Assembly: GCA_043742725.1 (NCBI GenBank)
Contig: JAYTXX010000141.1
Location: 1 to 54,928 of the forward strand
Length of the DNA: 54,928 nucleotides
Direction: 5' to 3'
DNA from: Bacteroidota bacterium
GTDB lineage: Bacteria; Bacteroidota; Bacteroidia; 2-12-FULL-35-15
Below are positions 28,284 through 38,948 of the stretch, piece by piece (positions within the stretch are counted from its first letter, which is position 1; each line of letters starts with the position of its first letter). The notes below the pieces were generated by a model. That model had not been told where the DNA came from. It searched no databases and was given only the letters and a program-made list of their open reading frames with translations. The position numbers and the translations under genes were made by a program.

Positions 28284-31001
28284 TTTAGTTATTTTTTTTT
28301 CAATTACTGCATCCACAATTGCTTGTTGTTGCTGTGTATGCAATTTGCTATATCCTGTTGCTGGACTCGCACTTTCATTTCGTCCTACATATTTTAAATT
28401 CACTTCTTTAAATGCTCTGTGAATATAAGCCCAAGCGCCCATGTTTTCCGATTCTTCTTGTACCCACAAATATTCTTTTGCATTTATATATTTAGTTAAA
28501 ATCTCTTTCAATTGAATTATTGGTAATGGATACAACTGTTCTAAACGAACAATTGCTATTTCGTTGTTTCCTTCTTTTTGTTTTGCTTCTATCAAATCGT
28601 AATAAATTTTACCAGAACAAAATGCAATTTTCTTTACCGATTTTACATCTGCTGTTGCATCATCATAAACTTCTTGAAAGCCATCTGTTGTAAAATCTTT
28701 TAATGAAGAAACGCAAGTTGGATATCGCAATAACTTTTTTGGAGTAAAACAAATCAAAGGTTTACGGAAATCACGTTTCATTTGTCTGCGTAACACATGA
28801 AACTGATTGGCAGGCGTTGTGCAATTTACCACTTGCATATTGTTTTCGGCACATTGCTGCAAGAAACGCTCCATACGAGCACTTGAATGTTCGGGTCCCA
28901 TTCCTTCGTAGCCGTGTGGCAAAAGCATCACCAAGCCATTCATTCTTCTCCATTTGTATTCTGATGAAGTAATGAATTGGTCAATAATAATTTGAGCTCC
29001 ATTAAAGAAATCGCCAAACTGGGCTTCCCATATTGTCAATGCATTTGGCGCTGTTAAAGCATATCCGTATTCAAATCCTAATACTCCATATTCTGAAAGC
29101 AAAGAATTATAGATAGATAGTTTTCCTGTTGCTCCAAAATTATTTAAAGGTGTGTATTCTTCTTCTGAATCTTCAAATTTTATTACTGCATGGCGGTGAG
29201 AAAATGTTCCACGCTCTACATCTTGTCCGCTGAAACGCACATTGTACCCTTCTTGCATCAATGTTGCATAAGCCATTAGTTCTCCCATTGCCCAATCGTA
29301 ATTATCATTGGCAATCATTGCAGCTCTGTCGTCAAATAATTTTTGAGTTTTATTAAAAAACTTTTTGTCTTTTGGTAGTTCAACTGTTTTTTTAACAATA
29401 TCTAAAAACACTTTTTTATCTACAGATGTATTAGGTGATTTATCGAACGCATTTGCATCTGCTAATTTTAATCCACTCCATTGGCTTTTTAAGAAGGAAG
29501 TAATTTTTCCTGTTCCTCTTTTCTTAGCTCTTGCAAGTTCTTCATCTAAATGTTCTTTGAAATTACGCTCCATTTCTTTTGCGTAATCTGCATCTATATC
29601 TCCCTGTGAGATTAATTGCTTTACATAAATATCTTTTGGGTTTGGATGTGCTGCAATTGCTTTGTATAACAATGGTTGTGTGAAACGTGGTTCGTCCCCT
29701 TCGTTATGACCATATTTACGATAACACAATACATCAATAAATACATCTCGGTTGAATTTTTGGCGGAACTCCATTGCCAAATGAACTGTGAAAACCAATG
29801 CTTCTACATCATCTCCATTTACGTGAAATACTGGTGATAGTACAACTTTTGCAACATCGGTGCAATAGGTGCTAGAACGTCCATCTAAATAGTTGGTTGT
29901 AAATCCAACTTGATTATTGATAACAATATGAATGGTTCCTCCTGTTTTGTATCCATCTAAATGGCACATCTGCAATACTTCATAAACAATACCTTGTCCT
30001 GCTAATGCTGCGTCTCCATGAATTAGAATGGGGCAAACTTTATTGAAATTTCCGTTGTGAAAGTTATCAATCTTGGCACGTGAAATTCCTTCTACAACAG
30101 GGTTTATTGCTTCTAAATGTGATGGATTTGGTGCTAAACTAATATGAAATTTATTTGCATTGTTACTAATTCTATCGCTCGAATATCCCATATGATATTT
30201 TACATCTCCATCAAAATCTGCCTCTTCCGAAAGATGCCCTTCAAACTCCGAAAATACATCTTCGTGTTTTTTATTTAGGATATTGGTCAGAATATTTAAT
30301 CGTCCGCGATGAGCCATTCCAATTACAAAATCTTCGATACCCATATCTGAACCTTTTTCGCAAACAGCATCTAATGCTGGAATTGCAGCTTCCGCACCTT
30401 CTAAAGAAAAACGTTTTTGTCCAACAAATTTTGTATGTAAAAAGTGTTCAAATGTTACCGCTTGGTTTAGTTTATCAAGAATGATTAGTTTCTCAACCTT
30501 ACTAAAATTAGGAGTGTTTTTTGTGTTCTCCATTTTTTGTTGTAACCATTCAATTACTTCTGGTGTACGGATGTACATATACTCTGCACCAATTGATTCA
30601 CAATAGGTTTGATGAAGATGAGCAACAATGTCTTTTAGTTTCGCGGTTCCAATTCCAATTTGTGTACCCGCTTGAAATGTTGTTTCTAAATCGACAGTTG
30701 TTAATCCAAAATTTTCAATGTCTAATGTGGGATTGTATTGTCTTCGTTCACGAACGGGATTAGTTTGTGTAAATAAATGACCTCGCGAACGATAACCATT
30801 TATAAGGTTTATAACATTAAATTCTTTTTGAACATTTAATGGAATTTCTCCTTTTTCTTCATAATTTTTTCTGGCAAATTCAAATCCTTCAAAAAATTTT
30901 TGCCAACCAATATCTACCGAACTATTGTCTTTTAAATATTGTTGAAACAAATCTTCAACCGATGAAATATGTGCGTTACTTAAATAGGAATATTTATCCA
31001 T
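28281..31001 (-). CDS. sucA: 2-oxoglutarate dehydrogenase E1
   Basis: GQKRFSLEG, GMAHRGRLN, GDVKYH, NPSHLE, HGDAA, WEAQFGDF, LLPHGYEGMGPEHSSAR. Confidence 0.98.
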   Translation of the reverse strand: MDKYSYLSNAHISSVEDLFQQYLKDNSSVDIGWQKFFEGFEFARKNYEEKGEIPLNVQKEFNVINLINGYRSRGHLFTQTNPVRERRQYNPTLDIENFGLTTVDLETTFQAGTQIGIGTAKLKDIVAHLHQTYCESIGAEYMYIRTPEVIEWLQQKMENTKNTPNFSKVEKLIILDKLNQAVTFEHFLHTKFVGQKRFSLEGAEAAIPALDAVCEKGSDMGIEDFVIGMAHRGRLNILTNILNKKHEDVFSEFEGHLSEEADFDGDVKYHMGYSSDRISNNANKFHISLAPNPSHLEAINPVVEGISRAKIDNFHNGNFNKVCPILIHGDAALAGQGIVYEVLQMCHLDGYKTGGTIHIVINNQVGFTTNYLDGRSSTYCTDVAKVVLSPVFHVNGDDVEALVFTVHLAMEFRQKFNRDVFIDVLCYRKYGHNEGDEPRFTQPLLYKAIAAHPNPKDIYVKQLISQGDIDADYAKEMERNFKEHLDEELARAKKRGTGKITSFLKSQWSGLKLADANAFDKSPNTSVDKKVFLDIVKKTVELPKDKKFFNKTQKLFDDRAAMIANDNYDWAMGELMAYATLMQEGYNVRFSGQDVERGTFSHRHAVIKFEDSEEEYTPLNNFGATGKLSIYNSLLSEYGVLGFEYGYALTAPNALTIWEAQFGDFFNGAQIIIDQFITSSEYKWRRMNGLVMLLPHGYEGMGPEHSSARMERFLQQCAENNMQVVNCTTPANQFHVLRRQMKRDFRKPLICFTPKKLLRYPTCVSSLKDFTTDGFQEVYDDATADVKSVKKIAFCSGKIYYDLIEAKQKEGNNEIAIVRLEQLYPLPIIQLKEILTKYINAKEYLWVQEESENMGAWAYIHRAFKEVNLKYVGRNESASPATGYSKLHTQQQQAIVDAVIEKKITK

Positions 31002-31030
31002 AATGCTTGTTTACTCTGTTTTTGAGGGTG

Positions 31031-31038
31031 CAAAGGTA
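31031..31038 (-). promoter_or_regulatory. Bacteroidota -7 element (TACCTTTG) for sucAB
   Basis: TAnnTTTG 29 bp upstream of the sucA start. Confidence 0.7.
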
Positions 31039-31240
31039 GAACTTTTAATAATGCAAATAAGAAAAATGTATCGAGAACGAGGGAAATGGAACGCAGATTT
31101 TGTAGGATTGCTTTGATAAAAAATCAGACATTCATTCTTCGCTAGTAACAACATCTATTTTGTGAATTTGCATCTGCATATTACAATTAAATCTTATTTT
31201 CACTCTCTGAAAAATAGATTAGCCAAATAAAAAATCAACT

Positions 31241-32116
31241 ATGCAATTACTTTCTCCTAAAAATTTTAAAGATTACGAATTAATAGATGTTGGTGGTTTT
31301 GAAAAACTGGAGCGTTTTGGACAATACATTACTATTCGTCCAGAACCACAAGCTGTTTGGGATAAAACATTGAGTAATGCAGAATGGGAAAAACGTGCAC
31401 ATATAAAATTTATTTCAAAATCGAGTTCATCGGGTGAATGGAAAAAATTGAAACAAATGCCAGAGCAATGGCAAATAAAATATGAAATTAATAATTCGAG
31501 TGCTGCTATAAAATTTCGTTTGGGATTAACTGCTTTTAAGCATGTTGGTATTTTTCCAGAGCAAGCAAGCAATTGGGATTATATTTTTGAAACAATAAAA
31601 TTGATGCAAACACCTCAACCAAAAGTATTGAATTTATTTGCATACACAGGTGGAGCATCGTTGGCTGCTAAAGCTGCTGGTGCTGATGTTACACACGTTG
31701 ATTCTATAAAACAAGTAGTAACGTGGAGTAAAGAAAATATGGATTTATCTAATCTTTCAAACATTCGTTGGGTGGTGGAAGATGCGTTGAAGTTTGTAAA
31801 ACGTGAAGAAAAACGTGGAAATAAATACAACGGAATTATTCTCGACCCTCCAGCATTTGGTCACGGACCAAATGGTGAGAAATGGAAATTGGAAGATAAT
31901 ATCAACGAAATGATGAAAGGTGTTTTAAATCTGTTGGATGATAAAGAACATTTTTTAATTCTGAATGCCTACTCACTTGGTTTTTCATCATTAATTATTG
32001 AAAATTTATTGAAACAAAAAGCAGGAAATAATTTGAATGTTGGAGAATTATTTCTTCAGGCAACTGAAGGAAACAAACTTCCATTGGGCGTTTTTGGAAG
32101 GTTTAAGAATTTTTAA
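31241..32116 (+). CDS. Class I SAM-dependent methyltransferase (RlmI/RlmK-related)
   Basis: KLERFG, HVGIFPEQ, VLNLFAYTGG, ILDPPAFG. Confidence 0.88.
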   Translation: MQLLSPKNFKDYELIDVGGFEKLERFGQYITIRPEPQAVWDKTLSNAEWEKRAHIKFISKSSSSGEWKKLKQMPEQWQIKYEINNSSAAIKFRLGLTAFKHVGIFPEQASNWDYIFETIKLMQTPQPKVLNLFAYTGGASLAAKAAGADVTHVDSIKQVVTWSKENMDLSNLSNIRWVVEDALKFVKREEKRGNKYNGIILDPPAFGHGPNGEKWKLEDNINEMMKGVLNLLDDKEHFLILNAYSLGFSSLIIENLLKQKAGNNLNVGELFLQATEGNKLPLGVFGRFKNF

Positions 32117-32292
32117 TTTTTTTAGGAATATTATTTAATTATTTATACTTTAGCCAAACGAATTAATTTTCCGATATAAAATACATCCCCCTTTAATAGT
32201 GTTGTAATTTTTTATTACGCACCCAACCATATAGATAGGTTTTTCGTATTGTTTACGAGAAGCGTTTTGTAAATCTTTAAAAAGGAATATGT

Positions 32293-35200
32293 ATGAAAAC
32301 AAATTTTACCACTATTCGCAAGACAAAAAGCACACGAAATTTAACGTGTTTGCTCTTGTTTCTTTTTTTCATTACAACTTCTGCAAATCTTTTTGCGCAA
32401 AATTGGCTTGTTACCAATGGTGGGCAATCAACCGATGAGGCTCTTGATATTACTGCGGATGCAACAGGTAATTATTATGTAACTGGATACTTTACAGCTA
32501 CAGCAAAATTTGGAAGCACTACCCTAACATCTTCTGGAAATGGTGATGTTTTTATTGCCAAGTATAATGCAATGGGTGTTGTTCAATGGGCGACAAAAGC
32601 AGGAGGTGTGGGTTCTGACAGAGCATATTCTATAAAAACAGATGATGTAGGAAATGTTTATATAACAGGATTTTATTATGGCACTGCAACATTTGGTACA
32701 ACAACAATTACTTCAGTTTCAAACACACAAGATGTTTTTATTGCTAAATATGATTTTAGTGGAACACTTCTGTGGGTAAGAAGTGTAGGAGGAAGTGCTT
32801 CGGAAACGGGTTATGGAATAACAGCCGACCATGATGGAAATGTAATTGTTACTGGACAATTTAAAGGCTCTGCTACTTTTGGAACAGATGTTCTTACTAG
32901 CATAATAAATCCATCAACAACATTACCTTCATTTGATATTTTTATTGTTAAGTATGATAAGGAGGGTAATTTTTTATGGGTGAAACAAGGAAAAGCTAAG
33001 TACGATGATAGAGGAATGGATTTAGCGGTAGATAAAAAAAATAATATTTTCGTTGTTGGACAATTTTCGGATACCATAACATTTGACTTGGTTCACAATA
33101 ATCCAGTAATGAATTCTGGGTATTTGATGAAGTATGATAAAAATGGTAACGAACAGTGGTTTGTAAAAATGAGTGCATTACAAACTATAGTTTACGGAAT
33201 AGTTGTAGATAATAGTGATAATATAATTATAACAGGAGATTACAAAGGTAATTTGGGAATTTTTACTACACCAATTGTTTATAATACAAGTGCCTATGAC
33301 AACAAAATATTTGTAGCAAAGTTTACAAACAATGGTAATGTATTATGGATTGATAATGATGGAAGTGATAATGAAATAACTTCCAAATGTGTTACATTAG
33401 ATTACGATGGCAATATTTACATCGCAGGATTATTCAAATGTCGTTTTGATGAATATTCAAAAGAATACGGCTCGGGTGTTTTTTATAGCAGTGGTTATCG
33501 CGATGTTTTTGTAACAAAATATTCTCCAACTGGAATTCGACAATGGTTCAAACAGTATGGAAGCAATAAAGATGATTATTGTTCAGGAATAGCAATTCAA
33601 ACTACAGACAAGCCTGTTATTGCAGGAAGTTTCGAGAATGTATTTAATGTTCCTTCATCGCCAACATTTACAACTTATCAAGATAATTTTTTGTATGGTA
33701 GTTATAACAATGTGTATTGTTCTAACCCTAATTATCAAGCTTTTCTTGGCTCTCGATCTAAAGGACAAAAAGATATTTTTATTTCAAGTCCTGTTGATAT
33801 GGCTCAAGCGCCATTTGATTATTTTATTAGAACAGGGATTTTTTGTAATCAAAATTTTATAAAACCATGTATTAATGATTGCAAGGATACTATTGAAGTC
33901 TGTGATCACACAGATATAAAAGCAAATGTATTTGAAATAGATACAAATTCGATAGCAGCTCAATATAATTTTTTATGGAACACAGGAAGTAATACAGCTT
34001 ATCCATATTCATTTCCTAAATTTTCCTATGTGGATAAGAGCGGTTTATATTGGGTAAAATCTGAAAGAGAAGATGGGTGTTTTCAAAATATTGATTCAGT
34101 ACAAATTATAATTCATCAGTATGATACTGTTCCTTCTGGAATAAATGTAACGAAGCCACATGTTATTTTTGTTGATTCTGTTTTGCAAGCAACAGATACA
34201 ATTAAAGTATGCCAAGGAACACCAATTGTTGCTTATGTCATGGATAGTGCTCTTTATCCATTAAACGATGGATTTATTCCGTATAAAAATATAAAATGGA
34301 ACGCAACTCCTAATTTGAGCATAGACCCACGAGTAACAACCTTTGAAATGCCACAAACAGCTATATTGCCTAATTCTACAGGGTTTTACACGTTGTACGA
34401 TACTATAATATCAGCTCCAATAAATTGTACAATAGATACTATAAAATATTATGTAGAGAGATCGTTCTATGTAATTATTCTTCCCAAACCGCCAGTTTTG
34501 TTAAGTATAACAGGACCTAATAATATATGCCCTGGCGATACTGCTACTTTGTATGCAACATCAAATTCTTTTGATTTTACTTGGTACGGAACCTCCATTG
34601 TTCAAAATTTTCATGACTCTATACGTGTGATTGCACCTTTTTCAGTAAGTGATACATATAGTATTTTTGCTTATTTGAAAGATTCGATTACAGGTTGTAT
34701 TAATAGTGCTTCAGCAGATTATCAATTTAACCCAAGACCAGCCCCAGTTGTAACTATTTCTCCTTTGGATGGAATTATATGTCCGAATGATTCAGTTTTA
34801 TTAACTTGTCAATCAGGAATAAATTATTATTGGATTGGTCCAGCAGGTGATAGTATTGGTAATACTCAAAGTATTTATGTTGATGTGTCAGGTTATTATC
34901 ATTGTATTCATACTAATTTTGATGGTTGCATAATGACAACCAATTTTGTCGAAGCAAAAGAATACAATACACCCTATCTTCAAGTTGAACCAGGAAATGT
35001 GATTTGTGCAAATGGTAATGCAATTATTTCTGTACAAGCAAGCAATAGTGCGCTAATTCAATGGCAGTCGCCATTAAGTGGTAGTGCAGTTAGACAAACG
35101 GTAACTAATGCAGGAACATATATCTGTCATATTACGCAATGTGGGATTACAACAATTGACTCCGTTGTGATTACAAAATCAAATACTGTGTCATATATTA

Positions 35201-37545
35201 CAGCAACCGATTCTACTATTTGCCCTGGTGATACTGTTGCACTAATTCCTAATCCGGGAATGGTTGATTATTATTGGTATCCAAATAATGTAAGTGATCA
35301 AATATTATATGTTACCACACCAGGCACATATACTTTGCGAACTACTGACGAAAATGGTTGTTATGGTTTTTCAAAATCTTTTACAATAAACACACTTCCT
35401 CAACCCCTATCTCCTATTATGAATGATACTGTTGTTTGTGCTGGACAAAGTATTACTTTAAGCACTAATTCTTCTGGAATAATAAATTGGTTTGATTCAC
35501 CAACTTCAACAATACCAATACATACAGGAAATATTTTCACAACTCCAATTATTAATACAAACACAATATATTATTTGCAAACGTATGATTCATTATGTAG
35601 CAGCAGAAAAAATGATGTGAACATAAACCTTTCTATTGCATCTTCATTTCCTTCAATTGTTGGAAATACTGTATTGTGTGCTGGTGATTCATTATATTTA
35701 AAAGCCAATGCAATAGGAGTAAATTATAGTTGGAAAGACCCTTTGGGCAATTTATATAATTCCCAAAATATAGAAATTGCAAATATCAACTCATCTTATC
35801 AAGGAATTTTCACATTGCAATATAGTGATGCTTTTTGTTCAAGCTCAATAGATACTTTTAATCTTTTTGTGAATAATATTCCAACACCATATATTTTGCC
35901 CGATTCAAACATTATTGTTTGTGCAGGAGGAAACGCAATATTAAAAATTGATTCTATTTATTCTGCTTATAACTGGTTTCTATTTGGAGAAAACACTCAG
36001 TCAATTACTGTTTCGTCTGGTGGAATTTATTCCGCTACCGTTACAGAAAATGGTTGTTCAGGAATTTCGAATAGTGTAACCGTAACTTATGACAACCCAG
36101 TTAATAATCCAACGGTAAATGGAACAATCGCTTGTGCTGGAACTTCTGCAACATTAAATGCAAGCGGAGATGGAACTTTAATTTGGTTTGACTCAACATT
36201 AACTCAAATAGCAACAGGCAGTGTTTATAATATTCCTAGTATTGACAGCACACAATTATTTTATGTTCAAAGTACAGATAGTGTTGGATGTGTTAGTGCT
36301 TTTGTCCCAGCCATTGTAAATGTTTTGCAAACAGCCTTACCACCCAATATTTATACTAATTCACCAATTTGTGCAGGAGATAATATTAATTTATCTACCG
36401 ATACATTGCCGGGAGCAACTTATTTTTGGACAGGAGTAAATGGTTTTTCATCCTCCAGCTCAACTCCAATAATATCAAACGCAACAACAATAAATTCAGG
36501 AACGTATCAATTGATTGTTTCAATTACAGGATGCTCTACTCCATCAGGAGCAAGTTCTGTAACAGTTTATCCTATACCGAGTATTCCTTCATTGTCGGGA
36601 AATACAATTTATTGCGAAGGAGATAGTTTACTTCTTAAGGTTACAAATCCTCAAGCTAATGTAAATTATTTTTGGTCTTCACCATTAGGAACAATTTATT
36701 CCGATTCAAGCTACTTAAGCTATAACCCAATAATGTTAGCAGATAGTGGACTATATAATTTTACTGTTGTTGTAAATGGATGTTATAATGATACCGCATT
36801 TAATATTGACGTAATACCGAAACCAATTGCTTTAATAAATACTCTTGTTGCCTTTTGTGAAGGCAAAACAATTTTTATGTCCTCTGCAGATAGCATTGTT
36901 GGAAGTTCGTATTATTGGACAGGACCAAATGGTTTTGTTTCAACTAATATTTCCAATGCTATATCCAATTCAAGCGTTTCCAATGCCGGAATTTATACAT
37001 TAGTAACTGCGTTAAATGGATGTAGTAGTGACTCTACACAAGCCAATATTCAAATAATTAAATACCCAATAATTGATTTAGGAAACGATACTTCATTTTG
37101 TAATGGTAGCAATATTACGTTTACTCTGCCAAATACATATTCATATATATGGAATGATGGTTCTTTCGCAAATACATACACTGTGGCTGATTCAGGCATG
37201 GTAAAAGTTATTGCATCTGCTGGTGCAGGGTGTATAACTTCTGATAGTGTATTAGTTGATAATTACGATTGCCTAGCAAATGTTCCTAATATTATTACAC
37301 CAAATGGGGATGGAATAAATGATCGTTTATTTTTTAAGATGGAAGGAATGACAGCCATTGATTGTGAAGTTTTTGATAGATGGGGAAATAAAATTTATCG
37401 TTGGACAGATATAGATGGTTATTGGGATGGGCATCGTTTCAAGGGAGATATGGTTGATGATGGGGTATATTTTTACACTGTTCAAATATGGGATATGTAT
37501 AAAAACATTCAGAAGTACGAAGGGTTTGTACAAGTGCTAAAATAA
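32293..37545 (+). CDS. Large T9SS cargo adhesin: SBBP-type beta-propeller, Cys-containing Ig-like stalk, type B (gliding-motility-associated) CTD
   Basis: Signal peptide; repeated D-x-x-GNxYxTG...DVFIAKY blades; ICxG...WxGP...GxY...GC modules; PNIITPNGDGIND...FDRWG...WDG...DGVYFY. Confidence 0.9.
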   Translation: MKTNFTTIRKTKSTRNLTCLLLFLFFITTSANLFAQNWLVTNGGQSTDEALDITADATGNYYVTGYFTATAKFGSTTLTSSGNGDVFIAKYNAMGVVQWATKAGGVGSDRAYSIKTDDVGNVYITGFYYGTATFGTTTITSVSNTQDVFIAKYDFSGTLLWVRSVGGSASETGYGITADHDGNVIVTGQFKGSATFGTDVLTSIINPSTTLPSFDIFIVKYDKEGNFLWVKQGKAKYDDRGMDLAVDKKNNIFVVGQFSDTITFDLVHNNPVMNSGYLMKYDKNGNEQWFVKMSALQTIVYGIVVDNSDNIIITGDYKGNLGIFTTPIVYNTSAYDNKIFVAKFTNNGNVLWIDNDGSDNEITSKCVTLDYDGNIYIAGLFKCRFDEYSKEYGSGVFYSSGYRDVFVTKYSPTGIRQWFKQYGSNKDDYCSGIAIQTTDKPVIAGSFENVFNVPSSPTFTTYQDNFLYGSYNNVYCSNPNYQAFLGSRSKGQKDIFISSPVDMAQAPFDYFIRTGIFCNQNFIKPCINDCKDTIEVCDHTDIKANVFEIDTNSIAAQYNFLWNTGSNTAYPYSFPKFSYVDKSGLYWVKSEREDGCFQNIDSVQIIIHQYDTVPSGINVTKPHVIFVDSVLQATDTIKVCQGTPIVAYVMDSALYPLNDGFIPYKNIKWNATPNLSIDPRVTTFEMPQTAILPNSTGFYTLYDTIISAPINCTIDTIKYYVERSFYVIILPKPPVLLSITGPNNICPGDTATLYATSNSFDFTWYGTSIVQNFHDSIRVIAPFSVSDTYSIFAYLKDSITGCINSASADYQFNPRPAPVVTISPLDGIICPNDSVLLTCQSGINYYWIGPAGDSIGNTQSIYVDVSGYYHCIHTNFDGCIMTTNFVEAKEYNTPYLQVEPGNVICANGNAIISVQASNSALIQWQSPLSGSAVRQTVTNAGTYICHITQCGITTIDSVVITKSNTVSYITATDSTICPGDTVALIPNPGMVDYYWYPNNVSDQILYVTTPGTYTLRTTDENGCYGFSKSFTINTLPQPLSPIMNDTVVCAGQSITLSTNSSGIINWFDSPTSTIPIHTGNIFTTPIINTNTIYYLQTYDSLCSSRKNDVNINLSIASSFPSIVGNTVLCAGDSLYLKANAIGVNYSWKDPLGNLYNSQNIEIANINSSYQGIFTLQYSDAFCSSSIDTFNLFVNNIPTPYILPDSNIIVCAGGNAILKIDSIYSAYNWFLFGENTQSITVSSGGIYSATVTENGCSGISNSVTVTYDNPVNNPTVNGTIACAGTSATLNASGDGTLIWFDSTLTQIATGSVYNIPSIDSTQLFYVQSTDSVGCVSAFVPAIVNVLQTALPPNIYTNSPICAGDNINLSTDTLPGATYFWTGVNGFSSSSSTPIISNATTINSGTYQLIVSITGCSTPSGASSVTVYPIPSIPSLSGNTIYCEGDSLLLKVTNPQANVNYFWSSPLGTIYSDSSYLSYNPIMLADSGLYNFTVVVNGCYNDTAFNIDVIPKPIALINTLVAFCEGKTIFMSSADSIVGSSYYWTGPNGFVSTNISNAISNSSVSNAGIYTLVTALNGCSSDSTQANIQIIKYPIIDLGNDTSFCNGSNITFTLPNTYSYIWNDGSFANTYTVADSGMVKVIASAGAGCITSDSVLVDNYDCLANVPNIITPNGDGINDRLFFKMEGMTAIDCEVFDRWGNKIYRWTDIDGYWDGHRFKGDMVDDGVYFYTVQIWDMYKNIQKYEGFVQVLK

Positions 37546-37555
37546 ATTTGTCTGT

Positions 37556-38827
37556 TTACTCTTTCAATAATTTTTCTACAAACAAATTGGTTTGTTCCAC
37601 ATATTTTGTGTAGGCATTTCCTGTTGCTGGACCATAATAACCAGTATAAATTTTTCTTACAATTCCTTTTTTATCAATGTAAATCGTAGTTGGAAATGCC
37701 ATTACTTTGTTCAGCATTGGCAATGCTTCCGAAGCTTGGTCGGCACCGGTTTTCATTGTAATTAAAAATTCATAGTTCGCATTAAATTTATTTTTCAAAC
37801 GATTTACATTACTTACTGCTTTTGCAAAATTATCTGTTCGTTCAAATGCCAAACCAATAATTTCTAATCCTTGCGATTTGTATTTTTCATAAAATGGAGC
37901 AAGAAATTTTGTTTCATCCATACAGTTTGGACACCACGAACCCATTAGTTGAACAATTACTACTTTGTTTTTAAATTTTTCATCATTCAGCGAAACAGTT
38001 TTGCCGTCTAAATTTTTAAAACTAAAATCAATTTTTGAAAACCCAGTTTTTAAATAGGTAAGTGAATCGGGATTTCGCAATTCAAATTTTTCGTTGCGAA
38101 TAGCAACCCATTTTTCATGCCAATGCGCACCCGAATAAAATTCTCCATTTACAATGCTATCACCTTTCATTTTTCCCTTAAATAAAAATGCATGAGCACC
38201 ATCAAAACATGAGAGATAAAATTGTTTATGGTCGCAATTTACTAATCCGTATAAATAACGATAATCGCCCGATTCAGTTAAAAAACTTCCTTTAAGATAA
38301 TTTCGTGAGTAGTTTTGAAAAGCACCGATTGCTTTAGAGGAATCTGCTGAACGAGGACTAAAGGTACATTCGTAGTTATATTTTTTTGTTGAGTCTGGTA
38401 AAATAAAATGCTGTTCCGTACAAAAAGAGTCCCAATCACAATCGCAAAACTTTCCTTCAAAAGAGATAATATTTTTATCTTTTCTAGAATGATTTATCCA
38501 AATTCCTTTAATGTAAAACTCATCTACAATTCTACATTTAAATTCAGAATCAAATATTGGCATCTTGATGTAAATAGAGTCTCGTTTCAATGATATTTCG
38601 TCTACCTTTATTCGTTCTTCAGAATTAATGACCTCCAGCAAAATCTTGTTTTTTTCTTTTTTTACCTCAAAAAAAAATGGAAGAGAAGTTGTATCATTGA
38701 GTTTTAAATAACCTTTCCATAGCCCAGTCTGCATTATATCTTTTTGGGCAATAATATTATTTGCAAAAAACAAAAGCGAAGCAACTAACATTGCTCCGCT
38801 TTTGAAAAATGTGTTTTTGTTTATCAT
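37556..38827 (-). CDS. Exported TlpA-family thiol-disulfide oxidoreductase
   Basis: GSWCPNCMDE, AFPTT, FLTESGDYRYL; start at 38827 because the longer ORF translates a repeat element. Confidence 0.9.
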   Translation of the reverse strand: MINKNTFFKSGAMLVASLLFFANNIIAQKDIMQTGLWKGYLKLNDTTSLPFFFEVKKEKNKILLEVINSEERIKVDEISLKRDSIYIKMPIFDSEFKCRIVDEFYIKGIWINHSRKDKNIISFEGKFCDCDWDSFCTEQHFILPDSTKKYNYECTFSPRSADSSKAIGAFQNYSRNYLKGSFLTESGDYRYLYGLVNCDHKQFYLSCFDGAHAFLFKGKMKGDSIVNGEFYSGAHWHEKWVAIRNEKFELRNPDSLTYLKTGFSKIDFSFKNLDGKTVSLNDEKFKNKVVIVQLMGSWCPNCMDETKFLAPFYEKYKSQGLEIIGLAFERTDNFAKAVSNVNRLKNKFNANYEFLITMKTGADQASEALPMLNKVMAFPTTIYIDKKGIVRKIYTGYYGPATGNAYTKYVEQTNLFVEKLLKE

Positions 38828-38856
38828 TGTTTTGTCCTCTAATTTGCTTACGCACT

Positions 38857-38881
38857 GATTCTGAAATAAATTCAGAATGAC
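38857..38881. repeat. REP-like palindrome (minus strand GTCATTCTGAATTTATTTCAGAATC)
   Basis: ATTCTGAA/TTCAGAAT stem with a GTC foot; resembles a dispersed repeat family of Bacteroidota as I recall it. Confidence 0.6.
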
Positions 38882-38900
38882 CCACACACAGCTTAAGCAT

Positions 38901-38945
38901 CTCACCTACAGCCCCTCTCCTTTGGAGAGGGATTAAGGGGTGAGG
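38901..38945. repeat. GC-rich nested REP-like hairpin
   Basis: CTCACC...CCCTCTCC-TTT-GGAGAGGG...GGTGAG. Confidence 0.7.
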
Positions 38946-38948
38946 CTT

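Noticed and set aside
31065-31130. Purine-rich tract (GGAACGCAGATTTT...) upstream of sucA resembling a dispersed repeat
   Set aside because: Single degenerate copy with no clear partner arm or period
38828-38905. N-terminal extension of the TlpA ORF (MRCLSCVWVILNLFQN...)
   Set aside because: It is a translation of the REP-like palindrome; the signal peptide starts downstream
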